From positions 8,060,001 through 8,124,000 of the forward strand of contig OZ059894.1 of assembly GCA_964057225.1 (NCBI GenBank): a stretch of DNA of 64,000 bases. The letters are read 5' to 3'. The translations under genes and the position numbers were made by a program. Shown here one piece after another: positions 50,405 to 64,000 of the stretch. Every line of letters starts with the position of its first letter. Positions within the stretch are counted from its first letter, which is position 1. The DNA is from Auanema rhodensis (Eukaryota > Animalia > Nematoda). The notes under the pieces were generated by a model. It saw only the letters and a list, made by a program, of their open reading frames with translations. It did no database searches and was not told where the DNA came from.

Positions 50405-53400
50405 TTATAATGTTTGAACTTTTTGGATTGAAGTATAGTGGGATGAAACATTATCTAAGCCTAAGTATGAAATGGACATATTTTTTAGTTCAAACTTCTT
50501 TACTTTTCCTGTTGCTGTTAATGGAAAATCTTTCCTTTCCTTAATAAATATGTATTTGGGAACTTTGTAATAAGCCATCTGAAAGTATTTGATCATTTGA
50601 TTTCTCAAAAAAAAAACAAAAAAGACCGTTTTCTTGCAATCATTGATAATATCCTCATGAGATATTTTGTCAACATATTCATCTTTCAAGATAATCCATG
50701 CACAAATATTCTCACCATATCGTTCATCAGGAACACCAATTACCTTAAATTCAAAAAGTATATGATATTTCAACATATAGTATAAGTAATATACAAAAGG
50801 TTGACGCTGGCGTGCAGATTTTCAACATTTTAAAAACATTTTTTCATTGAAAATCATACTTAATTTCCCCAAAATGTGTCATTTTTGAAAAATAACCAAA
50901 ATGTGTCTTAAGATTAAGAACTTCCGGGGAATCTTTATGAGAAACAATGTGCCGAGTGAAGGAATTAAAGAAAAAGAAGTAGGTATTATCAATCTAGACT
51001 CTTCTAATAATAAAGGAACTCATTGGGTTTGCTACTCCAAGAATAAAGAAAATATTTATTATTTTGATTCCTTTGGATTGAATCCACCAGAAGAAATCAT
51101 AAAATATCTTAAAGATAGAAAAGATAGAAGAATAGAACTTTCAACATTTCAAATTCAAAAATTCGGAACCCATCATTGTGGTTAAAAAATTGAAAGTGGG
51201 CAAAATGGGTGCGCCAGCGTCAACCTTTTGTATACTACTAGTATATGTATATTCATACATGAACATCAGACACATATGGAAACTTGAAAATAGCTGCTTC
51301 AATTTCGGTTGGATAAACATTTTCACCGCCTGAAGTAATAGAATACGATTTTGATTTGAACGTATGTATATGAAAACCTTTAAGTATCATATCCTTACTT
51401 CTTCCAACTATATTCACAGAGCCATTCTCATTCATTATACCTGTATCGCTGCAAACAAGAAAAATAAAAAATAACAACTTCTTTCACTCCAAATGTACCC
51501 AGTCTTATACCAATTCTGAGGTGTTATATCTTGTTTTGTTTTTTCTTCATCTCCCCAATAACCACTCATTGTCATATATCTTAAAGCATTTTAAAATAAT
51601 ATTCGGTACTGTAGCTTTCATCGTCATACCCTCGTGCCCACAGCTCGCCAGGTACACCACGTGGAACAGGACATCCGTCTTTATCAACAATAACAGCCTC
51701 AAATAAAATATTTAACGAATAAACTTAAAAGTAGAATAACTTCAGCTGAAGACATTACATAACCGGCACTTTTGATTCTCTCAACTGGTTCTTCTGATTG
51801 TTTTGACATTAAAATACATGGAGATAACTCAGTTGAACCATATACAACATAAATATCTTTAACATTCAAATATTCAACCAGTTGTTCAGCAAGAGATAAA
51901 GGACATGGTGCTCCCCCAATATAGCCTGCAAAACAGTTTTAAAACAAAATTAATCATAAAGTATGCTCGTACAGATTACGTGAATAATTTGAATATTTGC
52001 GTGTAAATATCATTTTTGCAAAAAGTGCGCACGAAATCGGTTGATTGCATCTTGTGGATAAATTACAAAAAAAATAGATAAAAATAGATATTCAATATTT
52101 ACGTAAATATAATATTTCGAAATTTTATTTTAATTAATTAATTAATTACCTCCTCTTAAGCTTTGTATATTAGCATGTTTCAAATGGGGTGATGATAATA
52201 TATCAATAAGCATAGTTGGAGTACCAAATAGGAATGTGCATCTAGAGTATAGTAAATTCAAAATTTAAAAGAATATCCCAAGAAACTTTTCATTTTCAAT
52301 AGCTTTTAAAATGGCCTTTGCATCATAAGCTACCGATGGAAATACACAAGTTTGTCCATGATTTAAAGCATTCAATACACCCAATACACAGCCAAAACAA
52401 TGATAAAGTGGATTTGGTATACAGATACGATGATTCTAAAAAATAATTTATATAGTTAATTCATTCAAAATTAAGATATTTACCTGGTTATTCCATCCCG
52501 AAGTCATACCCACAATATTTGAGTTATTAATAATATTAAAATGAGTAAGAGTTACAGCTTTAGGATGACCTGTTGTACCCTTAAATAGTTATAATTATTT
52601 GATATTCTATATCAAATACAAACACTTGTATATTGAATATTAATTGGATCATCAGGAACTATCCGATTTTCAATTTCGTTTAGAAGTTTCATTTCGTGTG
52701 TACCGCCAGCTTTGAAAATTTCATTAAAACTCCATGCACCTCTGAATTCAAGCGATTATATAATATGATTAAGATTATTTAATACGGAATTTTCTCATCT
52801 TCACCAAAGATAATCAAATGCTTCAACTCTGGTAGTTTGTGATCATTAACAAGCCCAACACCTGGCTTATTATTGTGCCCAATACTTCCCGCAACCTGTG
52901 ATCAAAGAAGTTAATGTTCAAGAAATGAATATATTAGTTTTATATCCTCACTTCGGTCAACGTTGCCAGAAATGAGTTTTGCTTATATGATTTAGGAGTT
53001 ACTAATGCTTTAACTCCAACTTTTTTTAAAGCATATTCAAGTTCTGGAGCTTTGTAAAATGGATTTATGTTAACCTGAAAAATTTTAAATATAATAAGAA
53101 AATGTTTTGCAGCGAAATAATGATCAACAAGATTGAATATTTTTCAAAAAATATCATCAGCACAATTTTAAATTTGAAACTTGGGTCACCTGTTTTTGCT
53201 CACGTCATAACTCAAAAAATTGAAAAAAGAAAGAAAAAAAGTTTGCATCAAGTTGAAAAAAACATACCTGAATCATTCCACATAATGCTGTAGCGTACTG
53301 AACAAGGACCCATTCATAATAGTTCTGACCCCACATTCCAACACGATCTCCCTTTTCCAGCCCTAGAGCTAATAACCCAGTGGCCATTTTATGAACATCT

Positions 53401-53656
53401 TCATAAAATTTTGAATATGTTCCTCGCTTGTTTTGCTGACAAAAAATCAAAAAATCTTTGTCCGGACAAGCTTCAGTTGTTCGACGAAGTTGCTCGCCGA
53501 TAGTTATGTGTTTCAGTTGAAGTTCAGAAGCGCCATGAGCATAACTTTTTTGGGAAAAATATCTTATGCTAGAAGAATTTTAATTTTTAATGAACATATA
53601 ATACAGACTCACGTGATACCATAAACTGATGAAAATTTAGGAAACTGGTAGAACAT
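50405..53656 (-). CDS. ACSF2-like fatty acyl-CoA synthetase (acs-1/acs-2 type, probably mitochondrial)
   Basis: SYAHG, GLEKGDRVGMW, NIQYTSGTTGHPK, PNPLYHCFG, YGSTELSP, GELWARG, WYKTGD, GRSKDMILKGGENVYPTEIE, GVPDERYGE, YKVPKY, PLTATGKVKK. Confidence 0.95.
50785..51239. mobile_element. 455-bp non-autonomous Maverick/Polinton (adintovirus-like) derivative inserted in an intron
   Basis: TIRs 50785-50812 (AGTAATATACAAAAGGTTGACGCTGGCG) and 51212-51239 match at 27/28 nt; termini AGTAAT...ACTACT; identical 6-bp TSD AGTATA at 50779-50784 and 51240-51245; internal adenain-like ORF. Confidence 0.9.
50901..51185 (+). pseudogene. Truncated Polinton/adenovirus-type cysteine protease (adenain, PRO) ORF, intronless
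   Basis: KIKNFRGIFMR, IINLDSS..GTHWV (His), YYFDSFG..PP (Asp), QIQ...HCG (Gln/Cys); stop immediately after CG. Confidence 0.85.
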
Positions 53657-54060
53657 TATTTGCTGCAGAAGTCAAGAATGAAATGCTCTGTTTATTTCCA
53701 GATACTCAAATTTTCAAACAAAAAAAAAATAACAAGAGTCAAGTGAAACAGCATATGAAAAGAGAAGAGCACGCGGAGAAAAAAGATAATAAGCGCATAA
53801 TAGATATTTGAAATACACAAGAAAGAGAGAAAAACATGAAATAGAGAGCATATTCTAACTCTTTGCCAGTCTCTTCTTAAGAAGATTTTCATGTTTTTCC
53901 TCTCTTATTTACTTTTGAGTTCCTGCTTATTTATGTTTTTCCAAAAAACATTGATTAAAATAAGTTCATCTAAAATTCGAACTATTTATCATATTAATAA
54001 AATGTTTTTTTACAAAATTATAAAGAAAATATGTTTAATATCAAACACATAAAGAAAGGT

Positions 54061-56243
54061 TTAATAAGATTTCAGTTGAGCCCATATTTGGTTTTTCCGG
54101 TTAATGTAATATGACCAGTAAACAATCTGAAATATGACATTCTTGACATATTTTTAAATTAAAAATTTACATTAAAGATGAAGAATGATAGAGGAAACAT
54201 CACACTGGAAATAGCATCAATTCTCTCTGGTGGCCAATTTGACTTTGATGATGACTATAATAAATATTTTCGTAAACCTTAAAGAACATTTTCAACATAC
54301 CGGAGTAGCGGGACCTCCACAACCCGGAGGGAACATGAATCGCCGTTCATAAAATCCTAAACCTTGCGGAGATCCAGAAGCATCGATCTGCACAGTCTGT
54401 AAAATTAAGCATAGGTGAGCATGTTCATAAAGCAAATAAACAAACTTTTTGCTTTTTGATTGAATTTTTTTTTGATGAGGGGGGCTCATCGCGCACTTTA
54501 AATCCAATTATGGCCAATTCTAACAGACTACAAAAAATGAAAGTCATAGAGACCAGCATCCAGACATCTTAAATTTGACGGCTTTTAAGGAATTTAGTTT
54601 TAAATCCTTGTTTACCTATTGCTTTGATGTAGGAAACACGTGGTAAATTCCTCATAATGTTTCCAAATTGAAAAATCATAGCTAGTAATGCGTTTACGCA
54701 CAGCATTGTACGTGCAGGAATTGCTTTAGGACCCAAAGAAAATGAAATCCAACTGAAAAAAAAAAAAAAAATATATTTTGTGAAGCATTATCCAACCTTA
54801 TGAATATTGTCAGATAAGTTGGAAGATAGGCTTGCATGAAATACCAAATAAAGCGTCGTTGAAACATCAAAGTTACATGTAATTCATCCCACATTCCAGC
54901 CGGATATGGCTGAAAATATACATATTTTTAATTGCTTAAAGATTGGTTATTTTATATGATTTGTCTTAAAATTGTTCCCCTTGAAAAATCTTTGCTACGG
55001 TTTTTCTTAAACTTTTAAAATGCTCACTTTAGAATATTTGTTTTTAGTATTACTACAGCAATTATTTTTTAATATTATTTTGTAAACAACATATCGAGAA
55101 ATAACATCAAATTCACCTCTCTTACAGCTTTCGCTTTTATTTTGAACAGATCAAAATCGGGTAAAACGATTTCGTTAACTTTATAGACGGGCTCACTGAT
55201 ATCAGCCCACTTCATCATTACTTCTTGACGATTATAATTGAAACTATAAGCAAATCAGTTCAATAAAAATGAATATCTTCCAAACCTTTCATAGATTAAT
55301 CCACAAGTTTGAAGATCTAATGGAAAGTTACTTAATTCTAATGAACAAGGTCCTTTTACACGAACCCTATAGTTGACCATTACCGTACCATTAGGGAATA
55401 GCATGAGAAAGACACTTCTGAAATCTTTTGCGGTGAACAAATTCTACATCTTAGCTAACCTAAATGGTGAATCGTGAATTTGAGCAACTTTGCTATTAAT
55501 GAAACAACTATTTGGAGTCCAAAGCCTTTCCAAAACTTGATGATTCAATGATAAATTTCCTAAAATTTGGAAACAATCATGCATTACAAGGTCAAATAAA
55601 TTACCTTTACATGGAGATAATTTTTCAAAATTAAGAGCTGGATCAAGCCATTTTTCAGTAATATAAATATCCATTTCAAAATCATTAGTTAATTCATCAA
55701 TTGAAGTTATAGCTTGTATCCAAATTTCAACAAAAACTGTCATTCCTTCATCTTCTGAAAACAACTTTTCAATTACTCCTGAACAGCATTTTTATCAAAA
55801 ACCTGGAATTCGGAACTTGTTATATCCAGTTCCATTAAGTAATTTATCTATTATATCAGTATCTCGTGTACAGTTATGATATCTTGAAATAAAGTTTTAT
55901 ATTTAAAAGTTTTAAAGTTAAGAAATTTTATTATAAAAGGTGTATAAGTGAGTGAACAGTTTTAAATATATTCATAATATCGTCTTGTTTTGGATTTTGA
56001 AAAGAAAAAAAAGACGGTGATATCTGCCATCAGCTGTCACATTTTTGACAGATTGAAAGAAAAAGTGAATGTGTTAGAAGCATGGGTATAGTATAATCAG
56101 GTAAGAAAAACATTTATTTTCAATTTGAAGACAAACCTTCTCTTGGGGATGTAGACATCATCATCATCATCAGGCTTCCAATCATAACCAACACTGGTTA
56201 CAAATGAGCATCGTAAAAATAGAAAAAAGAAGAGAATTTTCAT
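54061..56243 (-). CDS. Cys-loop ligand-gated chloride channel subunit (ACC / lgc-46-49 group)
   Basis: Signal peptide, [12 protein letters not shown], Cys loop [38 protein letters not shown], anion-selective PAR motif, [11 protein letters not shown]. Confidence 0.93.
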
Positions 56244-57116
56244 CAATCCTATAAGAAAAATTTGAAGAATTCATAACGTTAATCGAAAAATAAATCACAG
56301 AAAATAAAATATTTTATGAGTATATGTCGTAGTAAAACCAATAAAAAGACTAAAAACATAATTTGAATTAATCTATAGAGGATTACATGAATTGAAGATT
56401 TGTTTGAATAAAAAATAGCTGACTTCTGATTCAGAGATTTTCGACCAACATCCAGCATTTGAATGCAAGTAGAGTAAGAAAATATTGGACATAAACGAAA
56501 AAGATAAAATGAACCCAGGAAATAGGAGAGGAATAAAACGTAATAGAAAGAAGGATAGGGAGAGAGAGAAAAAGAGATAAAGCCAGAGGTTAGGACAAGA
56601 AACGTCTACTTTCTCTCTTCGATTTCTTATTAAGCAGTCAGGAATCCTTATGCTCTTCCTCTTGAACGTCACACAGGAGTCAACTCATGCCCGGAAGGAA
56701 TCGAAATTTGCTAATACGTTATTGATGAGATTACGGAAGAACAAAGTCAAGTATACAACTATTAAATAGAATACAGACAACAATTAAAGTAATATCCTGC
56801 AGAAGGTCCTTCTAGGTTTATATTGAGATGGAAAAGGCTTGAAAAAACTATACACCTTGTTATGAAATAGGAAAAGCAATAGCGAAAACTATAGAAAAGA
56901 GAAAAAAAATTAATTTTTCCTATTTATAAGAATGCGATTCACTCACTACGCGATTATTTTTCAAAAAGGAACGAACAGAAATATAAAAGCACGTCTGCAA
57001 ATTTTCTAATAGAAGCAGTGGGCGCTTGAAAGAGCTGAGAAGCATGTCTTTTTTTCTGTCATCATTTCTGCTCTCTATCTCCATATCTCTCTATCTCCTT
57101 TTTTGCCTTTGTCGGA

Positions 57117-57148
57117 TATGAGAGAGAGAGAGAGATAGAGAGAGAGAA
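57117..57148. repeat. Imperfect (GA)n tract upstream of the channel gene
   Basis: Directly visible. Confidence 0.8.
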
Positions 57149-59167
57149 AGAGGGTTGGAAAGATATCAAGTATAATATGGAATGAAATAAACATCTGTTC
57201 CTCAGGTGTCAAGCAGCATTCAGACTTCGTTAAGATTCTGTTGATATTTGTAGCATTTTCATCTGTTCATCACATTGAATCAAGAAAATTTATCTCAGGA
57301 ACAAGCAATAGAAGTGTCCATTAGGATACTCAGAGACAAAATTGCTCTTCTGTTTTTCTAAGAAATGGCTTCTAAAAAGCATTCAGCAAGAGGACATTTT
57401 ACCCTTATGAATATTGAAACATTGTATTTATGAAGGCAGTACAGCAGGAGGAATGAAGAAGCATTAAAGAACTTAACGTTAAAGCTAGTATTTCTAATTT
57501 TGCTAAAACTTTAAAATCATAATATTATTAGAAATTAGAAAACATAAAAATAAGTTTAATATACATAAACTTTTCTAGAAACATATGAAACATGTTGTTT
57601 CCTTAATAAAGTGTTGCAAATAGACGGCTTGTAAAAAAAATTGTGAATGCATTAATAACAATAAGAGCAGCTTCAATTGGAGAATAAAAGAGAGAATAAT
57701 TCTTTCTTCTATCAATACATTAAAGAACAATTAATATATTCCGGAAGTTTAAGTAGAATCTATCATGAAAGGTAGAAAAATGCTTTAGCGGCTATCGAAA
57801 CTTACTTGACGAGCAAAAGAAAAGAAATTGCCTAATTGCTTGGTTGAGCGCTCTCAATCTCTCTTGTCGTCCACAATTATCCTTCTTTCGAAGTTTATTG
57901 AGTAGAAAGAAGCAATTTAAGAATTAATAAACAAAAATTGATTAGTACGAGCAATAAAAAAACTGTAATTGGGAAATTTAGACATTACATTAATTAAAAT
58001 TAATTTTTGGGTGTAAGTTCAGAAAAAGTTTTTGTTTGATATGCAACTGACCGATAGTGCCACTTTTATAAGAAAAATGAAAAAGAACACGTGAACGTAG
58101 ACGTCAAAGTTTCACACAAAGCTTCTTAATACAGCGAAACCTTTCTGAGAAAAAGTTCGGTTTCAAGCTGACGAATATCTGCATTCAGGAGTAAAATGCC
58201 AAGCGCTTTGGTGACACAACTGAATACTCTTTCCTGTGTGAATAAATACGAAAAGCAATTTGGGGATAATTTAGCATTTGCATTCGTAAATATAGTAGTA
58301 GCAATCAAAAAGAATTGAAAGTTATCTAAAATATTCTTTTCATAACATGATCTATTCTGGATACATGCTAGGTCATTGGAACAATATAGTATTCAGAGAA
58401 ATTTAAACAATAATTCAAAAGGCTTAGAAACATGAGACTGGCATGTAACAAAACCTTAAATCTACTACCTCTCCTACACTTCTATAGACAATGATTGCAA
58501 GACTAGCAAGCTTTATAATTAAATAAATTATATGAAAAATACTTTTAGGCACTCAGGCTAGGAGCAAAAACATCATATTTTCGTGATCATAGAAAGCAAT
58601 CCCATTTAAATTCCACATAATTCCACTCGGATGACTTTTAACCTACCTCTGATCAATGCACTTTTTTTGACATAGATAATTATAGCTTATTTTTTATTAT
58701 TTTTGCCGTTTAATATGAACCCTTATTTTATTTTATGCCAAATTATTGGGGAGTGAGACTTATTGAATCCAAGCATCATGATTTATAGGTTCAACTTCAA
58801 ATTCTATAATTTGTTTCTCGTTGACATCATATTTTCAGCCTCTAAGCAGAAAATGGATTTAGAAAATGCTCAATATTGTTGCACAATTCTATCAAAAAAA
58901 TTCATGCCCTTAAATATATTTATATAATTACAATTGTTAACGTTAATTATTAGTCCACTGAATGCAATACTGAACAGACTGCCATTAAAGGATTTATACA
59001 TTTGTAAAAAGGTCCCGTCGCGCGCGAAAAGAAAAATTTAGGATTTCGCGGTTTTCGAATTTACTTTGAATATTTTAGACGGTTTCTTTCATTAAGCTCT
59101 TGTTTTAAAACATTTCATGTTAGTTATGTTTATTTAGATTAAATAATATAGAATTTACAGGTAATAA

Positions 59168-60497
<1,330 letters not shown>

Positions 60498-60806
60498 GTG
60501 GTTAGATTTTGTTATTTTTTTAAACTTCTGATTGTTTAACTTGATACTCATTTCTCATAGTTCCCTGCTGATTGTTCATCCCTGGGTGTTGAAATATCTT
60601 TTTGTTATTTGTTATGTTGCTGTACATACCTTGAGCCGAATGCCATTACAAGATACTACGCGCATCGCTCGGTTGTTATTTGCTAGCTTGTTGTTTTTTT
60701 CACCAATAAAACTCAAAAGCTTAAATTATTAGAAGACGTTATGGTTTTTTTCCAAGGAATACTTAACAGTTCACATAAATACAATATATAATCAAACACA
60801 ATAGGC

Positions 60807-63800
60807 ATGTTTCCATCTGGGTCAGGGTTTGTCCCAGGTCCAGGCAAGAAAGGCGCTCGTATAGCTTTGGAGCCATTTGAAGATTGGAAAATACAAGAAA
60901 TTGGATATGATGGAGTCGAAAGATATTTAAGGTCTGTTAATTGAGTAAAATGTGTTGGACATCATGATTTAAGACCTGAATCATTCTCTGACCACGTGGG
61001 CAAGTTAGCTCGTCAAGTGGATTGGAAACAAGTTGTATCTTCTTCGTTGACTTACGATGATCCAAATGCTGTAGAAGAAGAAGAGGAAGAGGAAGAGGTG
61101 TTTAATGATTATGGCTACTAACTCTCTGTGTATTTAAGGTTGAAAAGAAACCTATTCCAGGATCACGAGAAAGAGTTCTTCCAGAAGCAGGCCCATGGCA
61201 TAATGTTGCTAAGAATTTACAGTATGATTTATATAATACATCTAGTTTCAATTATTATGTTAAGTGAATCCTTGATACAACTTCATGTCCTCCTAGACGA
61301 TCTCGGTATTATAACCAAAACTAATTACATGGCTCCTCTAACTATACTGGACCCGATCCATAATGAACCCAGTGATAAAGTTGCAGATAATAAAGCAATG
61401 CAGTGGATTTGGAGAAGAAAAGTTTGCTCAATTTTTAGAAGTATATTATTCACATATGTACTTAGGCGCTTGTTGAAGCTGCTTCTGTTCTTGAAAAATC
61501 TCATGAACGCCTCTCACAGCCTAAACAATGTGACACGGACATGGATAACTTTTTTTTGTAAATTTTAAATAATTTTTTCTTATTTATTATATATGATTAT
61601 AGAGAATTAAAGAAAATGAGAGAATACTGGCGTGTTCGAAAAACGGGTGATCACATTTACGGAGATCTCGGTTACCATATTTGTGAGTTGCATGTTGATT
61701 CTTTTTTAAACTTTTTAATTTTTGGTTCTGCTCTTAATTTTTTATTTAAATTACATATCCAACCGTTTCATATCTGATAACATAATAAATAACATTTCAC
61801 GTAAATTTGACGTAATAACTGCAATTCAAATTAAAACTATACTGCTGAGAAAAGTTTTCTTGTTCCATACGAGCTTATAGATATATTTATTGAAATTACT
61901 CACACGTATATCTAATTCAAATTAAATAGTATACATTAACATCTAAATATGAGTTCTTTTATTTTTTAAAAATTATTTTAGTTGGGCCAAAATATAACAG
62001 TCGGGAACTGTTTGATATAACACGCCGATCCACTGCTTTAAAATATTATGAACGTGGTCTTTCAATGTATAATGGGTGCAATCCTTCAAAAGATCAAGTA
62101 ATATCATCAGTTCTTCAAGTAAGATCTTGCAAACATAAATTGGTTATTCATTTTCTTATTAAGGTCTCAGTTCCTCGTGACTTAACAAGAAGATCAACAC
62201 TGTCATTGTCAATAGTTCGTGGTTTGTGATTTTTTAAATTTCTTGTAAGGTTAAAGATTTGTAGATGATGCATCTGCTCAAAATCTTTTTGCAAATCTGG
62301 ACGATTCAAATTTCGAATGGATGAAGATTGATAGTAAAAAAATTGAAAATATTCATTGGAGCAATGCATTGAAATGGGCACAAGATACTTTAATATGTAG
62401 AGACACGTTCGATACAGTATGTTCATGATAATTTTACATGAATTTATGATTTATTGTTTAGCTCTGTACAGAATCTGTTCAAATGCGACATCGCCGATCA
62501 ACAATACGAGACGGAGTATTACTCGTTGCTTTACAAGATGGTTTTATGCTTCGTATTGAACTTAAATATTATCCATTTGTGGTATTAATTATCTAGTTAC
62601 ATCATAATATTTAGTATTTGTTTTAAGGATGGAGAATTTGAAGCTGAGGGTGATTCATATTTGAATAGATCTTTGAGACAAATGATAGTAGCTAAAGAAT
62701 GTACACGATGGATCAGACCACAGGTATTCATTGATCAGTATACGATCTTCATTTAAGTTTATAATTAAGTTGTATGTTTCCTTGCCTACCACTCAATTAC
62801 CTGAAAGTCTCGATGTAAGGGGCCCTCGAGCTTTCACTCAGTATGAAGTGAGTTTTCAAAATAAGTTAATCAGGTCATATTTTAAAATTATAGATTGAGT
62901 CTTGTGCTTATAAACCTGAATTCCTGTTAGAAAAGATGATACAAGTAGCTAGTCACTATAATTTGATAAAAATTGCAATCGAAACATTGAAGGAGTTTAT
63001 ACAGACCACTAATGATCCTCAGGTACAATTGTATTTTGTATGCTTTCCTGTAATCAAGTACCTTTTAGGTACAATGGAGATTTTTACGTTGTACCCCTAC
63101 ACATTCCCAACTTATCATTGTTATGTCTAATAGAAGTTATGATTATTTAATGGGAAAGTATGTATATTCTTTTCAATCCAAGTTTTTAAAACTATTTTTC
63201 TTTAAGAACAACATATTATATGCAAGTTTCTCCGGATTCAATTACAATTGTTAATAAAGAAGGACAATCCATCCATTGCTATCGAGATAAAACACTTCTT
63301 ATGAATACTTTGAAATTCATGGTTGGCTCCTTATTAACAAATATTATTTATCAAAAATATTTTTCAGCTATGTACATTTTCCCTTAATACTGTGTCTGGT
63401 TTAGCACGATCCTGGTGGTTCCAAGTATGTCTTTTAGAAATTGTTTCCAGATTAATGATTCTTGATATAATAGATATTGCACGCGAATATGAATGCTGTA
63501 GATGAAAACGGAGATCCTGCTCCATCTTTGTATATGTGTACGTATGCGTCAGAATGGTTAGTAGTTTTTAAATATGAAAATATAATAGATCAGTTTTTAG
63601 GCAAGTTCTAATACAATTCCGGGTACAGGGTAGTCCAGCTGTAAAAATTCGGAAGTTTGTAGTTACACCAGTAAGCTTTATGTGTGTATCGAATTTCACT
63701 GTGATCAATGTTCTAGAGTGAGAATCCAGAAGATGATAAATTCACAGTCCTCAACTATAAGCGGATTCCGGGATCAACCCTATGTAAGAAAATGGATAAT

Positions 63801-63848
63801 CTTCTTGGTTTATTACGAGAGCCATCGATTGAACCTATTTTGACATGA
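60807..63848 (+). CDS. mdt-17: Mediator complex subunit 17
   Basis: RIALEPFEDWKIQEIGYDGVERYL, GPWHNVAKNLHESL, MREYWRVRKTGDHIYGDLGY, C-terminal LNYKRIPGSTLCKKMD. Confidence 0.85.
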
Positions 63849-64000
63849 TCAAAGCAATAATTATGGAATCCGGAAACGTTGGAGCCTATTTATATAAATA
63901 ATGATTGTGAGCCACTTATTAAAGTTTTGTATTCTGTTAAAAGATACATAATGAAAACTGTCAAAACCAGTATATAAACGCTGTATTCTTATTGACCTTA

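Overview
AT-rich eukaryotic genomic DNA, almost certainly from a rhabditid (clade V-like) nematode: very short (~45 nt) GT-AG introns, TTTCAG-type acceptors, and nematode-specific families (ground-like, CX module, cpg-3, Srsx GPCRs, ACC-type channel). I reconstructed about 15 spliced genes by hand: a PEAK/pragmin-like pseudokinase, an RNase H1 paralogue, hmgs-1 and prp-39 (probable operon), a CX-module membrane protein, a receptor tyrosine kinase behind a ~15 kb microsatellite-rich non-coding region, a grl gene, a TMEM144-like gene, cpg-3, two tandem Srsx-type chemoreceptors, an ACSF2-like acyl-CoA synthetase, a Cys-loop chloride channel, and prmt-1 and mdt-17 (probable operon). The standout is a 455-bp miniature Maverick/Polinton-derived element (50785-51239) inside an intron of the acyl-CoA synthetase gene. 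It has AGTA(A/G)T termini, 28-bp TIRs and a perfect 6-bp TSD, and its only cargo is an adenain-type viral protease ORF. Gene coordinates are manual start-to-stop spans including introns; no database searches were run.
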